NCBI RefSeq assembly: GCF_964244005.1
Contig: NZ_CAXTHG010000005.1
Location: forward strand, 106,832 to 170,831
Source: an uncultured Friedmanniella sp.
GTDB taxonomy: Bacteria > Actinomycetota > Actinomycetes > Propionibacteriales > Propionibacteriaceae
Direction: 5' to 3'
DNA: 64,000 nt
Positions 56,282 to 64,000 of this stretch are shown here, piece after piece. Each line of letters begins with the position of its first letter. The stretch's first letter is position 1. The translations under genes and the position numbers were made by a program. The notes below the pieces were generated by a model, which did no database searches, was not told where the DNA came from, and worked only from the letters and a program-made list of their open reading frames with translations.

Positions 56282-57274
56282 ATGACCTCGCTCTCCGTCC
56301 TGTTCCTCGGTGGTACCGGCATCATCAGCTCCGCCTGCACGGTGCGCGCGCTCGCGCTCGGGATGGAGGTATCCGTGCTCAACCGCGGCACGTCCTCGAC
56401 CCGGCCGTTACCCGCGGGCTGCGAGAGCCTCGTCGGCGACCTCGCCGACCCGGCGAGCGTCCGCGCGGTGATCGGGGAACGCGAGTTCGACGTGGTGGCG
56501 GACTTCCGGGCCTTCGTGCCGGCCGACGTGACGTCGCGGCTGGAGCTGTTCGAGGGCCGGATGGGGCAGTACGTCTTCATCAGCTCGGCCTCGGCCTACC
56601 AGACGCCGCCCGGTCGGCTGCCGGTGCGGGAGTCGACTCCGCTGCGCAACCCGTTCTGGCAGTACTCGCGGGACAAGATCGCCTGCGAGGACCTGCTGGT
56701 CGACGCCTATCGCGAACGTGCGCTGCCGATGACGATCGTCCGACCTTCGCACACGTACGACCGCACGCTGCTGCCCTTCGACGGCGGCTGGACCGTGGTG
56801 GACCGGATGCGCCGCGGCGCCCAGGTCGTGGTCCCCGGCGACGGCACCTCGCTGTGGACGCTCACTCACCACACCGACTTCGCGCACGCTTTCGTCGGGC
56901 TGTTCGGCCAGCCGGCGGCGCTCGGCGAAAGCTTCCACATCACCTCCGAGGAGTGGTTGGCCTGGAACGAGATCTTCAGAACCGTCGCTGACGCAGCCGG
57001 GGTCGAGCCGCGGCTGGTGCACGTCCCGTCCGACGCCATCGCGGCCGCGGACCCGGCCTGGGGCGCGGGCCTGCTCGGCGACAAGGCGCACTCGATGATC
57101 TTCGACAACGCCAAGGTGAAGCGGCTGGTGCCCGACTACGTCGCCAGCGTCCCGTTCAGCCAGGGAGCACGCGAGATCATGGCGTGGTTCGACGGCGACC
57201 CCGCTCGGCAGCAGGTCGACGCGGCCATGGACGCCACGATGGACGACCTGGTCGCGCGCTACCGCCTCGGCTGA
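56282..57274 (+). CDS. NAD-dependent epimerase/dehydratase (extended SDR)
   Basis: LFLGGTGIISS, FISSASAY, YSRDK, IVRPSHTY. Confidence 0.92.
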   Translation: MTSLSVLFLGGTGIISSACTVRALALGMEVSVLNRGTSSTRPLPAGCESLVGDLADPASVRAVIGEREFDVVADFRAFVPADVTSRLELFEGRMGQYVFISSASAYQTPPGRLPVRESTPLRNPFWQYSRDKIACEDLLVDAYRERALPMTIVRPSHTYDRTLLPFDGGWTVVDRMRRGAQVVVPGDGTSLWTLTHHTDFAHAFVGLFGQPAALGESFHITSEEWLAWNEIFRTVADAAGVEPRLVHVPSDAIAAADPAWGAGLLGDKAHSMIFDNAKVKRLVPDYVASVPFSQGAREIMAWFDGDPARQQVDAAMDATMDDLVARYRLG

Positions 57275-57300
57275 GCCGGGGTCGTGCGCTCAGCGTGGGC

Positions 57301-58053
57301 TCAGCGCGGTTCGGCGCTGACCACGATGTTGTCGCGGTAGCCGGTCTGCCGACTGAAGGGTCCGCCGCACGTGAGCACCCTGAGCGTGGCCGGACCGTCC
57401 TGCCGGAACAGCTGGTCGACCGAGACCCGCGACTTCGGCACGTCGTCCACTGCCGTGACGGTGTAGCGGCGGGTTCGCCCGGCCGCGTCGGTCACGGCCA
57501 GCTCGGCTCCTCGCCGAAGCTGGCGCAACCGGGCGAACGGTCCGAGGCCCTCGGTCCGGGTGTCGACGTGCGCTGCTAGCACCGTGGTGCCGGCAGCGTC
57601 CCCGGGACGCGAGCCGTAGGCGTACCAGGCCACCTCTTGGTTGGTCTCCGGCAGCTGCATCCGGCCGTCGTCGGCCACGCCGGTCTTCACCACGGGCAGG
57701 TCGACGCCGATGCTGCTCGCCACGAACCGGGCCGGGACCGGCCGTTCTGGCGCCACGGGTGGCACCGTGGCCCGGTACTGCGGCACGACCGGCGCCCGTG
57801 AGGCCCGAGCCCTGGTGGGCGCGGGGGTGGCCGAGCCTGAGGGAACTGCCGCTGGGAGCGGGCTCACCGCCGGGACCCCGGCCGACGGGGTGGGCGGGCC
57901 AGCCCCGTCCCCGCCCACCACGCCGTCGCGAACGCCGGTCGACGCGCAACCCAGCAGCAGGACGACGAGCGGCAGCAGGAGGGCGAGCCGCGGCAGGGCG
58001 GCGACGGCTGCGTCGCCCTGTCGGGTCCGTATCGTCCTCGTGCTGCCGCTCAC
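57301..58053 (-). CDS. Class F sortase
   Basis: VAWY...PGD.AGTTVLAAHVD, L.VLTCGG.F....Y.DNIVV (His/Cys catalytic motifs); GTG start assumed at 58053. Confidence 0.88.
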   Translation of the reverse strand: MSGSTRTIRTRQGDAAVAALPRLALLLPLVVLLLGCASTGVRDGVVGGDGAGPPTPSAGVPAVSPLPAAVPSGSATPAPTRARASRAPVVPQYRATVPPVAPERPVPARFVASSIGVDLPVVKTGVADDGRMQLPETNQEVAWYAYGSRPGDAAGTTVLAAHVDTRTEGLGPFARLRQLRRGAELAVTDAAGRTRRYTVTAVDDVPKSRVSVDQLFRQDGPATLRVLTCGGPFSRQTGYRDNIVVSAEPR

Positions 58054-58057
58054 CGAG

Positions 58058-58876
58058 TCAGGCCCGCCGGGCCGCAAGGCGGCGACGGCCGCCCAGCACC
58101 GTCGCCGCACCGAGCAGCAGCACGCCGCCGGCCAGCAGCGGCAGCGGGTCCGGGTCGGCGGCCAGGCCGACCTCTCCGGCGTTGACGCCGGCGGGACCGG
58201 AGTGCAGGCCGGAGATCGTCTGCACCGCCAGGTCGAGGTTGTCGTCCTCCAGGCTGCCCCAGGCGTAGACGATGGTGTTCACGCCGTCCTTCACGGCGAC
58301 GTCGGCGGGCCCGATCAGGGCCTTGGTCTCCCCGGTGGCCGTGACCGAGGCCGACAGGGTGCCGGCGCCGAGGTCGAGGACCTTCTCGTCCGGGTTGGTG
58401 AGGTTGCTGATCACCGCGCTGCCACCGACCCTGACGTCGACGGCCGGAGCGGCGGCGACGTGCCGGACGGTCAGCCGGCCCTGGCCGGCGGCGGTCCGCG
58501 AGATGTCGTTCTTGTACAGCGTGGCGGTGGGGTCACCGCCGGCCTCCAGGTGCGCGACCGCGGTGTAGTTGCCGCCCGCGCCCAGCTTCAGGTCGACAGG
58601 ACCGATCGCGGGGTCGGAGTCGTCCTTGGCGTCGCCCTTGGTGATCGCCACCTCGTAGGTGCCGGGGGCGAGCTTCAACGGGCCGGCCATCATGCCGGGC
58701 TTGAAGTCGTTGAGGGTCCGCTTGCCGTTGACGTACACGTCGACGGTCAGGCCGGGGACGGCGTGCAGCACGGACAGCTGCGCGTCGTCCGCGGCGTGCG
58801 CGGGAGTGGGGCTGAGGGCGGCGCCCGCCAGGACGATCGTGCCGGCGGCCGCGAGGGTGAGGACTCGAGTGCGCAT
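58058..58876 (-). CDS. DUF4397 domain secreted protein with C-terminal sorting-signal-like tail
   Basis: Signal peptide (AHA-A); LSVLHAVPG..VDVYVNG, RLTVRHVAAAPAVDV; tail PAGVNAG, hydrophobic helix, RRRLAARR. Confidence 0.88.
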   Translation of the reverse strand: MRTRVLTLAAAGTIVLAGAALSPTPAHAADDAQLSVLHAVPGLTVDVYVNGKRTLNDFKPGMMAGPLKLAPGTYEVAITKGDAKDDSDPAIGPVDLKLGAGGNYTAVAHLEAGGDPTATLYKNDISRTAAGQGRLTVRHVAAAPAVDVRVGGSAVISNLTNPDEKVLDLGAGTLSASVTATGETKALIGPADVAVKDGVNTIVYAWGSLEDDNLDLAVQTISGLHSGPAGVNAGEVGLAADPDPLPLLAGGVLLLGAATVLGGRRRLAARRA

Positions 58877-58908
58877 GAAGCTCCTTCGTTGCAGGTCTCT
58901 TGGTGTCT

Positions 58909-58935
58909 TTGCGACCACGACGAGCGTCCGGATGC
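58909..58935 (-). promoter_or_regulatory. Candidate ECF-sigma promoter GCATCC-N16-CGCAA for the DUF4397/sortase operon
   Basis: Minus strand: GCATCC (58935-58930), 16 nt, CGCA (58913-58910); mirrored by the plus-strand copy. Confidence 0.55.
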
Positions 58936-58968
58936 GCTCCAGGGTGCGGATGTTTGCTTCGGCGCGCT

Positions 58969-58995
58969 GCATCCGGCGGCGGGCTAGGGACGCAG
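58969..58995 (+). promoter_or_regulatory. Candidate ECF-sigma promoter GCATCC-N16-CGCAG for the fasciclin gene
   Basis: GCATCC at 58969-58974, 16 nt, CGCA at 58991-58994. Confidence 0.55.
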
Positions 58996-59043
58996 AGGGG
59001 GTGATCGCCCCGCCCGGGGCCACGTCAACAAGGAAGGTCTGAC

Positions 59044-59694
59044 ATGACCATTGGACGTCTCGCCAGGTTGGGCGCGGTGCTCGCGCTCGCCACCGCGACC
59101 ACGCTCGCCGGGGTCGCTCCCGCCAGCGCTCACCGCCGCAGTACGCCGGCACCCACGGGGACCGCCAGCCTGGCGACCCTGCTCTCCGCCGACGGCTCGG
59201 GGTTCGACACGAACGCGCGCGACTACGACATCCTCGACAACGCGGTGACCGCGGTGCTGACCGCCAAGCCGGACAGCCCGGTGGCGGTGCTCGCTGACGG
59301 CAGCACACCGCTGACGGCGTTCCTGCCGAACGACAAAGCCTTCCGTACGCTCGCCTACGACCTCACGGGGCACCGCTACCGCAGCGAGGCCAAGGTCTTC
59401 AGCGTCCTGGCCACCCAGCTCGGGGTGGACACGATCGAGAACGTCCTGCTGTACCACGTGGTGCCCGGGTCGACGATCAGCTATCGACAGGCACGGGCCG
59501 CGAACGGGGCGGTGCTGACCACCGCACTCGCCGGCTCGACCCTCGAGGTCAAGGTCGTCTACTGCCGCGTCGTCTCCCTCGTCGACGCCGACCCGGACGC
59601 CCGCAACCCGTTCGTGGTCGATCCGAACCTGAACAGGGGCAACCTCCAGATCGGGCACGGCGTCGACCGGGTGCTCCGTCCGGTCGACCTCTGA
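59044..59694 (+). CDS. Fasciclin (FAS1) domain secreted protein
   Basis: Signal peptide (ASA-H); LTAFLPND.AF, LLYHVVPG, IGHGVDRVLRP. Confidence 0.88.
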   Translation: MTIGRLARLGAVLALATATTLAGVAPASAHRRSTPAPTGTASLATLLSADGSGFDTNARDYDILDNAVTAVLTAKPDSPVAVLADGSTPLTAFLPNDKAFRTLAYDLTGHRYRSEAKVFSVLATQLGVDTIENVLLYHVVPGSTISYRQARAANGAVLTTALAGSTLEVKVVYCRVVSLVDADPDARNPFVVDPNLNRGNLQIGHGVDRVLRPVDL

Positions 59695-59840
59695 GGCAGG
59701 GACGGCCCGGTCGCAGTAGGGTGTGAGGCGCGGCGAGCGGCGGATCGGCCGATCAGGGTCACGACGACCGGGCTGCCGCAGCCACGACGAGGTGGCCGTC
59801 CGCCGCCTCGCACCCGTCGACGTGGGGGAGGGGTCAGCTC

Positions 59841-60425
59841 GTGAGGGTTGGGCCTCCGCCACGCCGTGCCGTCGACTCCTTCGACTGGGCCGCGATGAGT
59901 GACGCCGACCTCGGGCTCGCCTTCGTGGCCGGCACTGAGGGGAGCCTGGAGGAGTGCTTCCGACGGTGGGCTCCGCTGGTCAACACTTTTGCCTGGCGGC
60001 TGCTCGGCAACGCGAGCGAGGCCGAGGAGATCACCCAGCAGGTGTTCGTCTCAGCCTGGCGCGGCCGGCACACCTTCGCTCCGGAGCTCGGCAGCGTCCC
60101 GGCCTGGCTGCTCGGCAACGCCCGGCACCGGGTCGTCGACCGGCAGCGCAGCCGGGCCCGCGAGGTCCGGCTGGTCCGGGCCGCGTTGGATGATGCTGCC
60201 GAGCGCGGGCGGCACGAGGCCCCCGAGGTCGTCACCGACCGACTGCTGCTGGCCCACGAGATCGGTCTGCTGCCCGATCCGCGGCGCTCGATCCTCACCC
60301 TCGCCTTCTACGACGGCTACACCCACGCCGAGATCTCCGAACGTCTCGGCCTACCGATCGGTACCGTGAAGAGTCATGCCCGCCGCGCCCTGCTCCACCT
60401 GCGACGGCGGTTGATGACCTCATGA
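59841..60425 (+). CDS. ECF RNA polymerase sigma factor (SigK-like)
   Basis: AEEITQQVF..AWR, WLLGNARHR.VD, L.FYDGYTHAEISERLGLPIGTVKSH.RRAL. Confidence 0.9.
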   Translation: MRVGPPPRRAVDSFDWAAMSDADLGLAFVAGTEGSLEECFRRWAPLVNTFAWRLLGNASEAEEITQQVFVSAWRGRHTFAPELGSVPAWLLGNARHRVVDRQRSRAREVRLVRAALDDAAERGRHEAPEVVTDRLLLAHEIGLLPDPRRSILTLAFYDGYTHAEISERLGLPIGTVKSHARRALLHLRRRLMTS

Positions 60426-61144
60426 GGCACCTCGACGACGAGCTGCTCGCCGGGCTGGCCCTGGGCGAGCCCGACCGGCTCGAGCTGCGGGACCGCGCCC
60501 GCCTGCTGCTGTGCCTATCCTGTCGCGCCCGTCTCGCCGAGCTGCGTCGGCTGGTCGCCACCGGCCGGGCCGCGCCCGCGTACGCGTGGCAGCCGCCGCG
60601 TCCCGGACTGCTCACCGCCATCCAGGCCGAGCTCGCGGCCGACCCGCGCGGCCGGCTGGCCGAGCCGGTCGGCGGCGTCCAGCCTGCGGTGGGCGGCCGC
60701 GGCCCACGTCTGCGGACGCCTGCGTACGGACGCCGGTTGCTCGCTGCCGCCGCCGTCCTCGTGGTCGCTGCCGGAGGCGCCCTCTGGTACCGGCAGGACG
60801 TCGCCGACGTGGTCGTGGCGCGGGCGACGCTGGCGCCCCTGCCCGACAAGTCCGGCCAAGGCGTCGCTCAGCTGGTCCGCCGGGACGGGGTGTCCCAGCT
60901 GCGGATCGAGGTGACCGCGCCGGCGCCGGCGGACCGGTTCGAGGAGCTGTGGCTGATCAACACCGACGGCCGCCGGATGATCTCTCTCGGCGTGGTGCCG
61001 CCGGACGGTCGGGCCAGCTATCCCGTGCCGACGACGGGCGGCGCCCTCGACGGCTACACCATCGTCGACATCTCACTCGAGCCCTACGACGGCAACATCG
61101 CGCACAGTCGTAACAGCGTCCTGCGTGGCACGCTGGACCCGTGA
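60422..61144 (+). CDS. Anti-sigma factor (RskA-like)
   Basis: N-terminal H...L...LALG / LC.SC ZAS-like segment, one TM helix, C-terminal ELWLI...SLG...VDISLEP.DG; 4-bp overlap with the sigma gene. Confidence 0.85.
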   Translation: MRHLDDELLAGLALGEPDRLELRDRARLLLCLSCRARLAELRRLVATGRAAPAYAWQPPRPGLLTAIQAELAADPRGRLAEPVGGVQPAVGGRGPRLRTPAYGRRLLAAAAVLVVAAGGALWYRQDVADVVVARATLAPLPDKSGQGVAQLVRRDGVSQLRIEVTAPAPADRFEELWLINTDGRRMISLGVVPPDGRASYPVPTTGGALDGYTIVDISLEPYDGNIAHSRNSVLRGTLDP

Positions 61145-61797
61145 GCGACCCAGCGTCCGGCGGTCCGGCGCCGTACCCGCCGTGGTTCTTCGACCGGGAC
61201 GACCCCACGCCTGACGACCGCTTCTACTCACCGCCCCGGTTGGTCACCCACATCGACGACGGCGCGATCGCCGCGGTCGGGGAGCTCTACGCCGAGCTGG
61301 GAGTCGATGCCTCCGGTCGGGTGCTCGACCTGATGTCGTCGTGGGTCTCGCACCTGCGGAGCGCCCCGGCCGAGCTGGTCGTCCTCGGGATGAACGCTGC
61401 GGAGCTGGCCGCCAACCCGATGGCGACCGAACGGGTGGTGCAGGACCTGAACGTCGACCCGGCACTGCCCTTCGCCGACGCTTCCTTCGACGCTGTGCTC
61501 TGCTGCGTCTCGGTGGACTACCTCGTCCGGCCGGTCGACGTGCTCGCCGAGGCGGCCCGGGTGCTGCGTCCCGGCGCCCCGCTGGTCCTGACCTTCTCGA
61601 ACCGCTGCTTCCCGACCAAGGCCGTCCACGGCTGGCTCGTCGCCGACGAGCCCGGCCGCTGCGCCATCGTCGCCGACTACGTCCGCCGCGCCGGCGGCTT
61701 CACCGCCCCCGAGGTGAGCCTGCGCACCCCCGGCCGCCGCACCTACCGCGGCGACCCGCTGTACTCTGTCGTCGCCCGCCGCCTCCCCACGGACTAG
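61141..61797 (+). CDS. Class I SAM-dependent methyltransferase
   Basis: FY..PRLVTHIDD, VLDLMSSWVSH, LGMNAAEL, VSVDYL..P, TFSNRCFPTKA. Confidence 0.88.
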   Translation: MSDPASGGPAPYPPWFFDRDDPTPDDRFYSPPRLVTHIDDGAIAAVGELYAELGVDASGRVLDLMSSWVSHLRSAPAELVVLGMNAAELAANPMATERVVQDLNVDPALPFADASFDAVLCCVSVDYLVRPVDVLAEAARVLRPGAPLVLTFSNRCFPTKAVHGWLVADEPGRCAIVADYVRRAGGFTAPEVSLRTPGRRTYRGDPLYSVVARRLPTD

Positions 61798-61899
61798 GTC
61801 CGCCCGCGCGCTGGGCTCCGCACGCCACGCCACGCCACACCACACCACGCCAGGCCCGGCCCCGTGGCCTCGGCTCAGCCCCCTGGCCCCATCCTGCAC

Positions 61900-61977
61900 G
61901 GTCACTTCACAGCCTCGAGGGCGTCCTTGCGCCCGCTCCAGGGGGTGTGAGGTCGCCCTTGAGTGTGTGAAGTGACC
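61900..61977. repeat. Long imperfect inverted repeat between convergent genes, preceded by CAC(G/A)C pentamer repeats (about 61820-61852)
   Basis: GGTCACTTCACA...CTCGAGGGCG pairs with CGCCCTTGAG...TGTGAAGTGACC. Confidence 0.65.
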
Positions 61978-62055
61978 GGCCGGGCTCCGCCCGGTGGCGA
62001 GGGCCGGTCCCGAGGGGCGGACGGCGGCGGAGGGGTGGAGAGCCGCCGGGAGGGT

Positions 62056-62736
62056 CTACGGGACGAAACGGTAGCCGACGCCGGGCTCGGTGAGGAAGTG
62101 GCGGGGACGGCCGGGTTCGGCTTCGAGCTTGCGGCGCAGGTTGGCCAGGTAGACGCGCAGGTAGTTGGTCTCGCGGTGATAGCTGGGCCCCCAGACCTCG
62201 CGTAGCAGCTCGGTCTGGCGGACGAGCTGGCCCGGCTGGCGGGTCAGCACCTCGACCAGCCGCCACTCGGTCGGCGTGAGGTGCACCGGCTCACCCTTGC
62301 GGAGGGCGGTCTGGTCGTTGAGGTCCAGCCGCAGATCGGGGGTCTCGACCACCCGGGGCGGCGTGCTGGCGCCCAGCGGACTCCGCCGCAGCGCGGCCCG
62401 GACCCGGGCCAAGAGCTCTTCCATCCCGAACGGCTTGGTCACGTAGTCGTCGGCGCCGAGGTCCAGCGCCTCGACCTTGTCGTCGGACGCGTGCCGGGCC
62501 GACAGCACCAGGACCGGAACGGCGGCGAACGACCTGAGCTGGGTCAGCACGCTGACCCCGTCGATGTCGGGCAACCCGAGGTCGAGCAGCACCAGGTCCG
62601 GCAGCCGCTCGGCCACCACCTGCAGGGCCGACCGGCCATCGCCGGCGGTCTCCACGTCGTAGCCGCGGGCGCGCAGGTTGATGGTCAGCGTCCGCAGCAG
62701 CGCGGGGTCGTCGTCCACCGCCAGGATGAAGGTCAC
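62056..62736 (-). CDS. kdpE: Response regulator KdpE
   Basis: ILAVDDD, LLDLGLPD, SDDKVEALDLGADDYVTKPF, LTPTEW, YLRVY.ANLRRKLE..P..PRHFLTEPG.GYRF. Confidence 0.92.
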   Translation of the reverse strand: MTFILAVDDDPALLRTLTINLRARGYDVETAGDGRSALQVVAERLPDLVLLDLGLPDIDGVSVLTQLRSFAAVPVLVLSARHASDDKVEALDLGADDYVTKPFGMEELLARVRAALRRSPLGASTPPRVVETPDLRLDLNDQTALRKGEPVHLTPTEWRLVEVLTRQPGQLVRQTELLREVWGPSYHRETNYLRVYLANLRRKLEAEPGRPRHFLTEPGVGYRFVP

Positions 62737-64000
62737 GCGGTCACGGCTTCGGCCGGGTCGACAGTGCCCGGGGGAGGCGGAACGTCTTCGAGGCCCTCGA
62801 CCGGCTCAGGGCGCGTGGCGCCAGGCTCAGGGCGCGTACCCACCGGTGCGCCCGCGGGCAGGTCGATCACCATGGTGAGGCCGCCGCCCGGGGTGTCCTC
62901 GGCGCGGATCTGGCCGCTCATGGCCTCGGCGAGGCCGCGGGCGACCGCCAGTCCCAGTCCGAGGCCGTCGCCGTTCGGCACGTCACCGAGCCGCTGGAAC
63001 GGCGCGAACAGATCCGCCTTGGACTCCGCCGGGATGCCCGGACCGTGGTCGACGACCCGCAGCAGCACCCGCGGACCTGGGCCGTTGGGGTGAGGGCCCT
63101 CGGTGCCGTCGGGCTCGAGGTCGAGCTCGCTGGTCACCTCCACCGTCGTCCCGGCCGGCGTGTGCCGGAGGGCGTTCTCGACCAGGTTGGCGATCACCCG
63201 GTCCAGCAGCCCGGGGTCCGCGTGCGCCGTCCGGGCGTCGGCCCCGAGCCGGACCCGTACCTGGCTGGCGTCGGTGAGCGGGTCCAGCGCCCACTCCACC
63301 GCGCTGGCGAGGTCGACCTCGCCGAGCAGCGGGTTGATCGTGCCCATCTGCAGCCGGCTCAGGTCGAGCAGGTTGCCGATCAGGTTCTCGAGCCGGTCGG
63401 CGCCGTTCTCGATCGTGGCGAGCAGCTCGGCCTCATCGGCCGGGGACCAGGTCACGCTGCCGTCGCGCAGGCTGCTGACCGCCGCCTTGATCGCGGCGAG
63501 CGGGGTCCGCAGGTCGTGGGAGACCGCGGCGAGCAAGGCGGTCCGGGTCCGGTTGGCCTCGGCGAGCTCGGCGGCGAGCCGGGACTCCGCCAGCGCCTCG
63601 CGCCGCTCCCGGACGATCTGGAAGTGCGTCGCGTACGCCGACATCAGCCGCCGGTCGGCCGCGTCGAGCGGGTGGCCGCGGAAGACCACGGTGACGTCCG
63701 GGCTGACCACGATGTCCGCGTCCCCCTCAGCGACGCTGGTGGGCGCATCCCCGTACGTGGCTTCGACGGTCGTCTCGTCGCCGGTCGTCCGCAGCACCGC
63801 CCCGCCGGACATCACGAACAGCTCGCACACCCGCGCCAGCAGCGACTGCTGGTCGTCACCGGTGTGCAGCAGGGTGTGCGAGAGCACGGCCAGCGCGTTG
63901 GACTCGGCTCGGGCGCGGGTGGCCAGCGCGGTCTGCCGCGCAGCCCGGTCGACGACCGTGGCCACGGCCACCCCGGTCAGCAGGAAGACCGCGACGGCGA
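62733..64000 (-). CDS. kdpD: Sensor histidine kinase KdpD, C-terminal part (5'-partial)
   Basis: LLAAVSHDLRTPLAAIK, NLVENALRH, DHGPG, GLGLGLAV; end of the TM region at the window edge; adjacent to kdpE. Confidence 0.88.
   Translation of the reverse strand, partial: AVAVFLLTGVAVATVVDRAARQTALATRARAESNALAVLSHTLLHTGDDQQSLLARVCELFVMSGGAVLRTTGDETTVEATYGDAPTSVAEGDADIVVSPDVTVVFRGHPLDAADRRLMSAYATHFQIVRERREALAESRLAAELAEANRTRTALLAAVSHDLRTPLAAIKAAVSSLRDGSVTWSPADEAELLATIENGADRLENLIGNLLDLSRLQMGTINPLLGEVDLASAVEWALDPLTDASQVRVRLGADARTAHADPGLLDRVIANLVENALRHTPAGTTVEVTSELDLEPDGTEGPHPNGPGPRVLLRVVDHGPGIPAESKADLFAPFQRLGDVPNGDGLGLGLAVARGLAEAMSGQIRAEDTPGGGLTMVIDLPAGAPVGTRPEPGATRPEPVEGLEDVPPPPGTVDPAEAVTA

Noticed and set aside
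1-64000. CRISPR array, tRNA or rRNA genes, prophage structural genes
   Set aside because: No regularly spaced direct repeats, cloverleaf or rRNA signatures, and no capsid, tail, terminase or integrase ORFs. The two hydrolases are not accompanied by phage genes.

Overview
High-GC actinobacterial chromosome segment; the genus cannot be determined from sequence alone. No rRNA, tRNA or CRISPR array was seen. Layout from left to right: (1) 1-8.8 kb: 3' end of a GH36-like glycosidase, then a GntR / peptide-nickel-type ABC / PhyH-dioxygenase operon with a decayed gamma-glutamyltransferase gene. (2) 10-12.8 kb: a sphingosine-1-phosphate-lyase-like PLP enzyme with a GPH-type MFS transporter. (3) 12.9-18.2 kb: a sulfonate-scavenging locus (SsuD-like monooxygenase; SAM-IV riboswitch, tiny Met/Cys-rich leader ORF, tauCAB-tauD). 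(4) 19-29.3 kb: a FadR-controlled sugar-acid/polyol catabolic operon. (5) 29.3-36.9 kb: an IS-scarred accessory island. It holds the best candidate for an undescribed system: two adjacent, mutually paralogous, unannotatable large proteins. One carries two Ser/Gly-rich hairpin-like segments and the other lacks them, and the pair is flanked on both sides by peptidoglycan hydrolase genes. (6) 37-50 kb: SARP/AAA regulator, EamA-aminotransferase-RraA operon, MarR with a His-less GAF pseudokinase, MFS, USP and a catalytically dead ArsC-like protein. (7) 50.7-53.8 kb: a LarA-family epimerase, an in-frame-deleted 58-aa mini-uxaC and a uxuB-like reductase. (8) 57-61.8 kb: class F sortase / DUF4397 and fasciclin / ECF sigma / anti-sigma genes with twin divergent ECF-like promoters. 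(9) kdpE and partial kdpD at the right edge. All family assignments come from motifs recognised by eye; no database searches were run.
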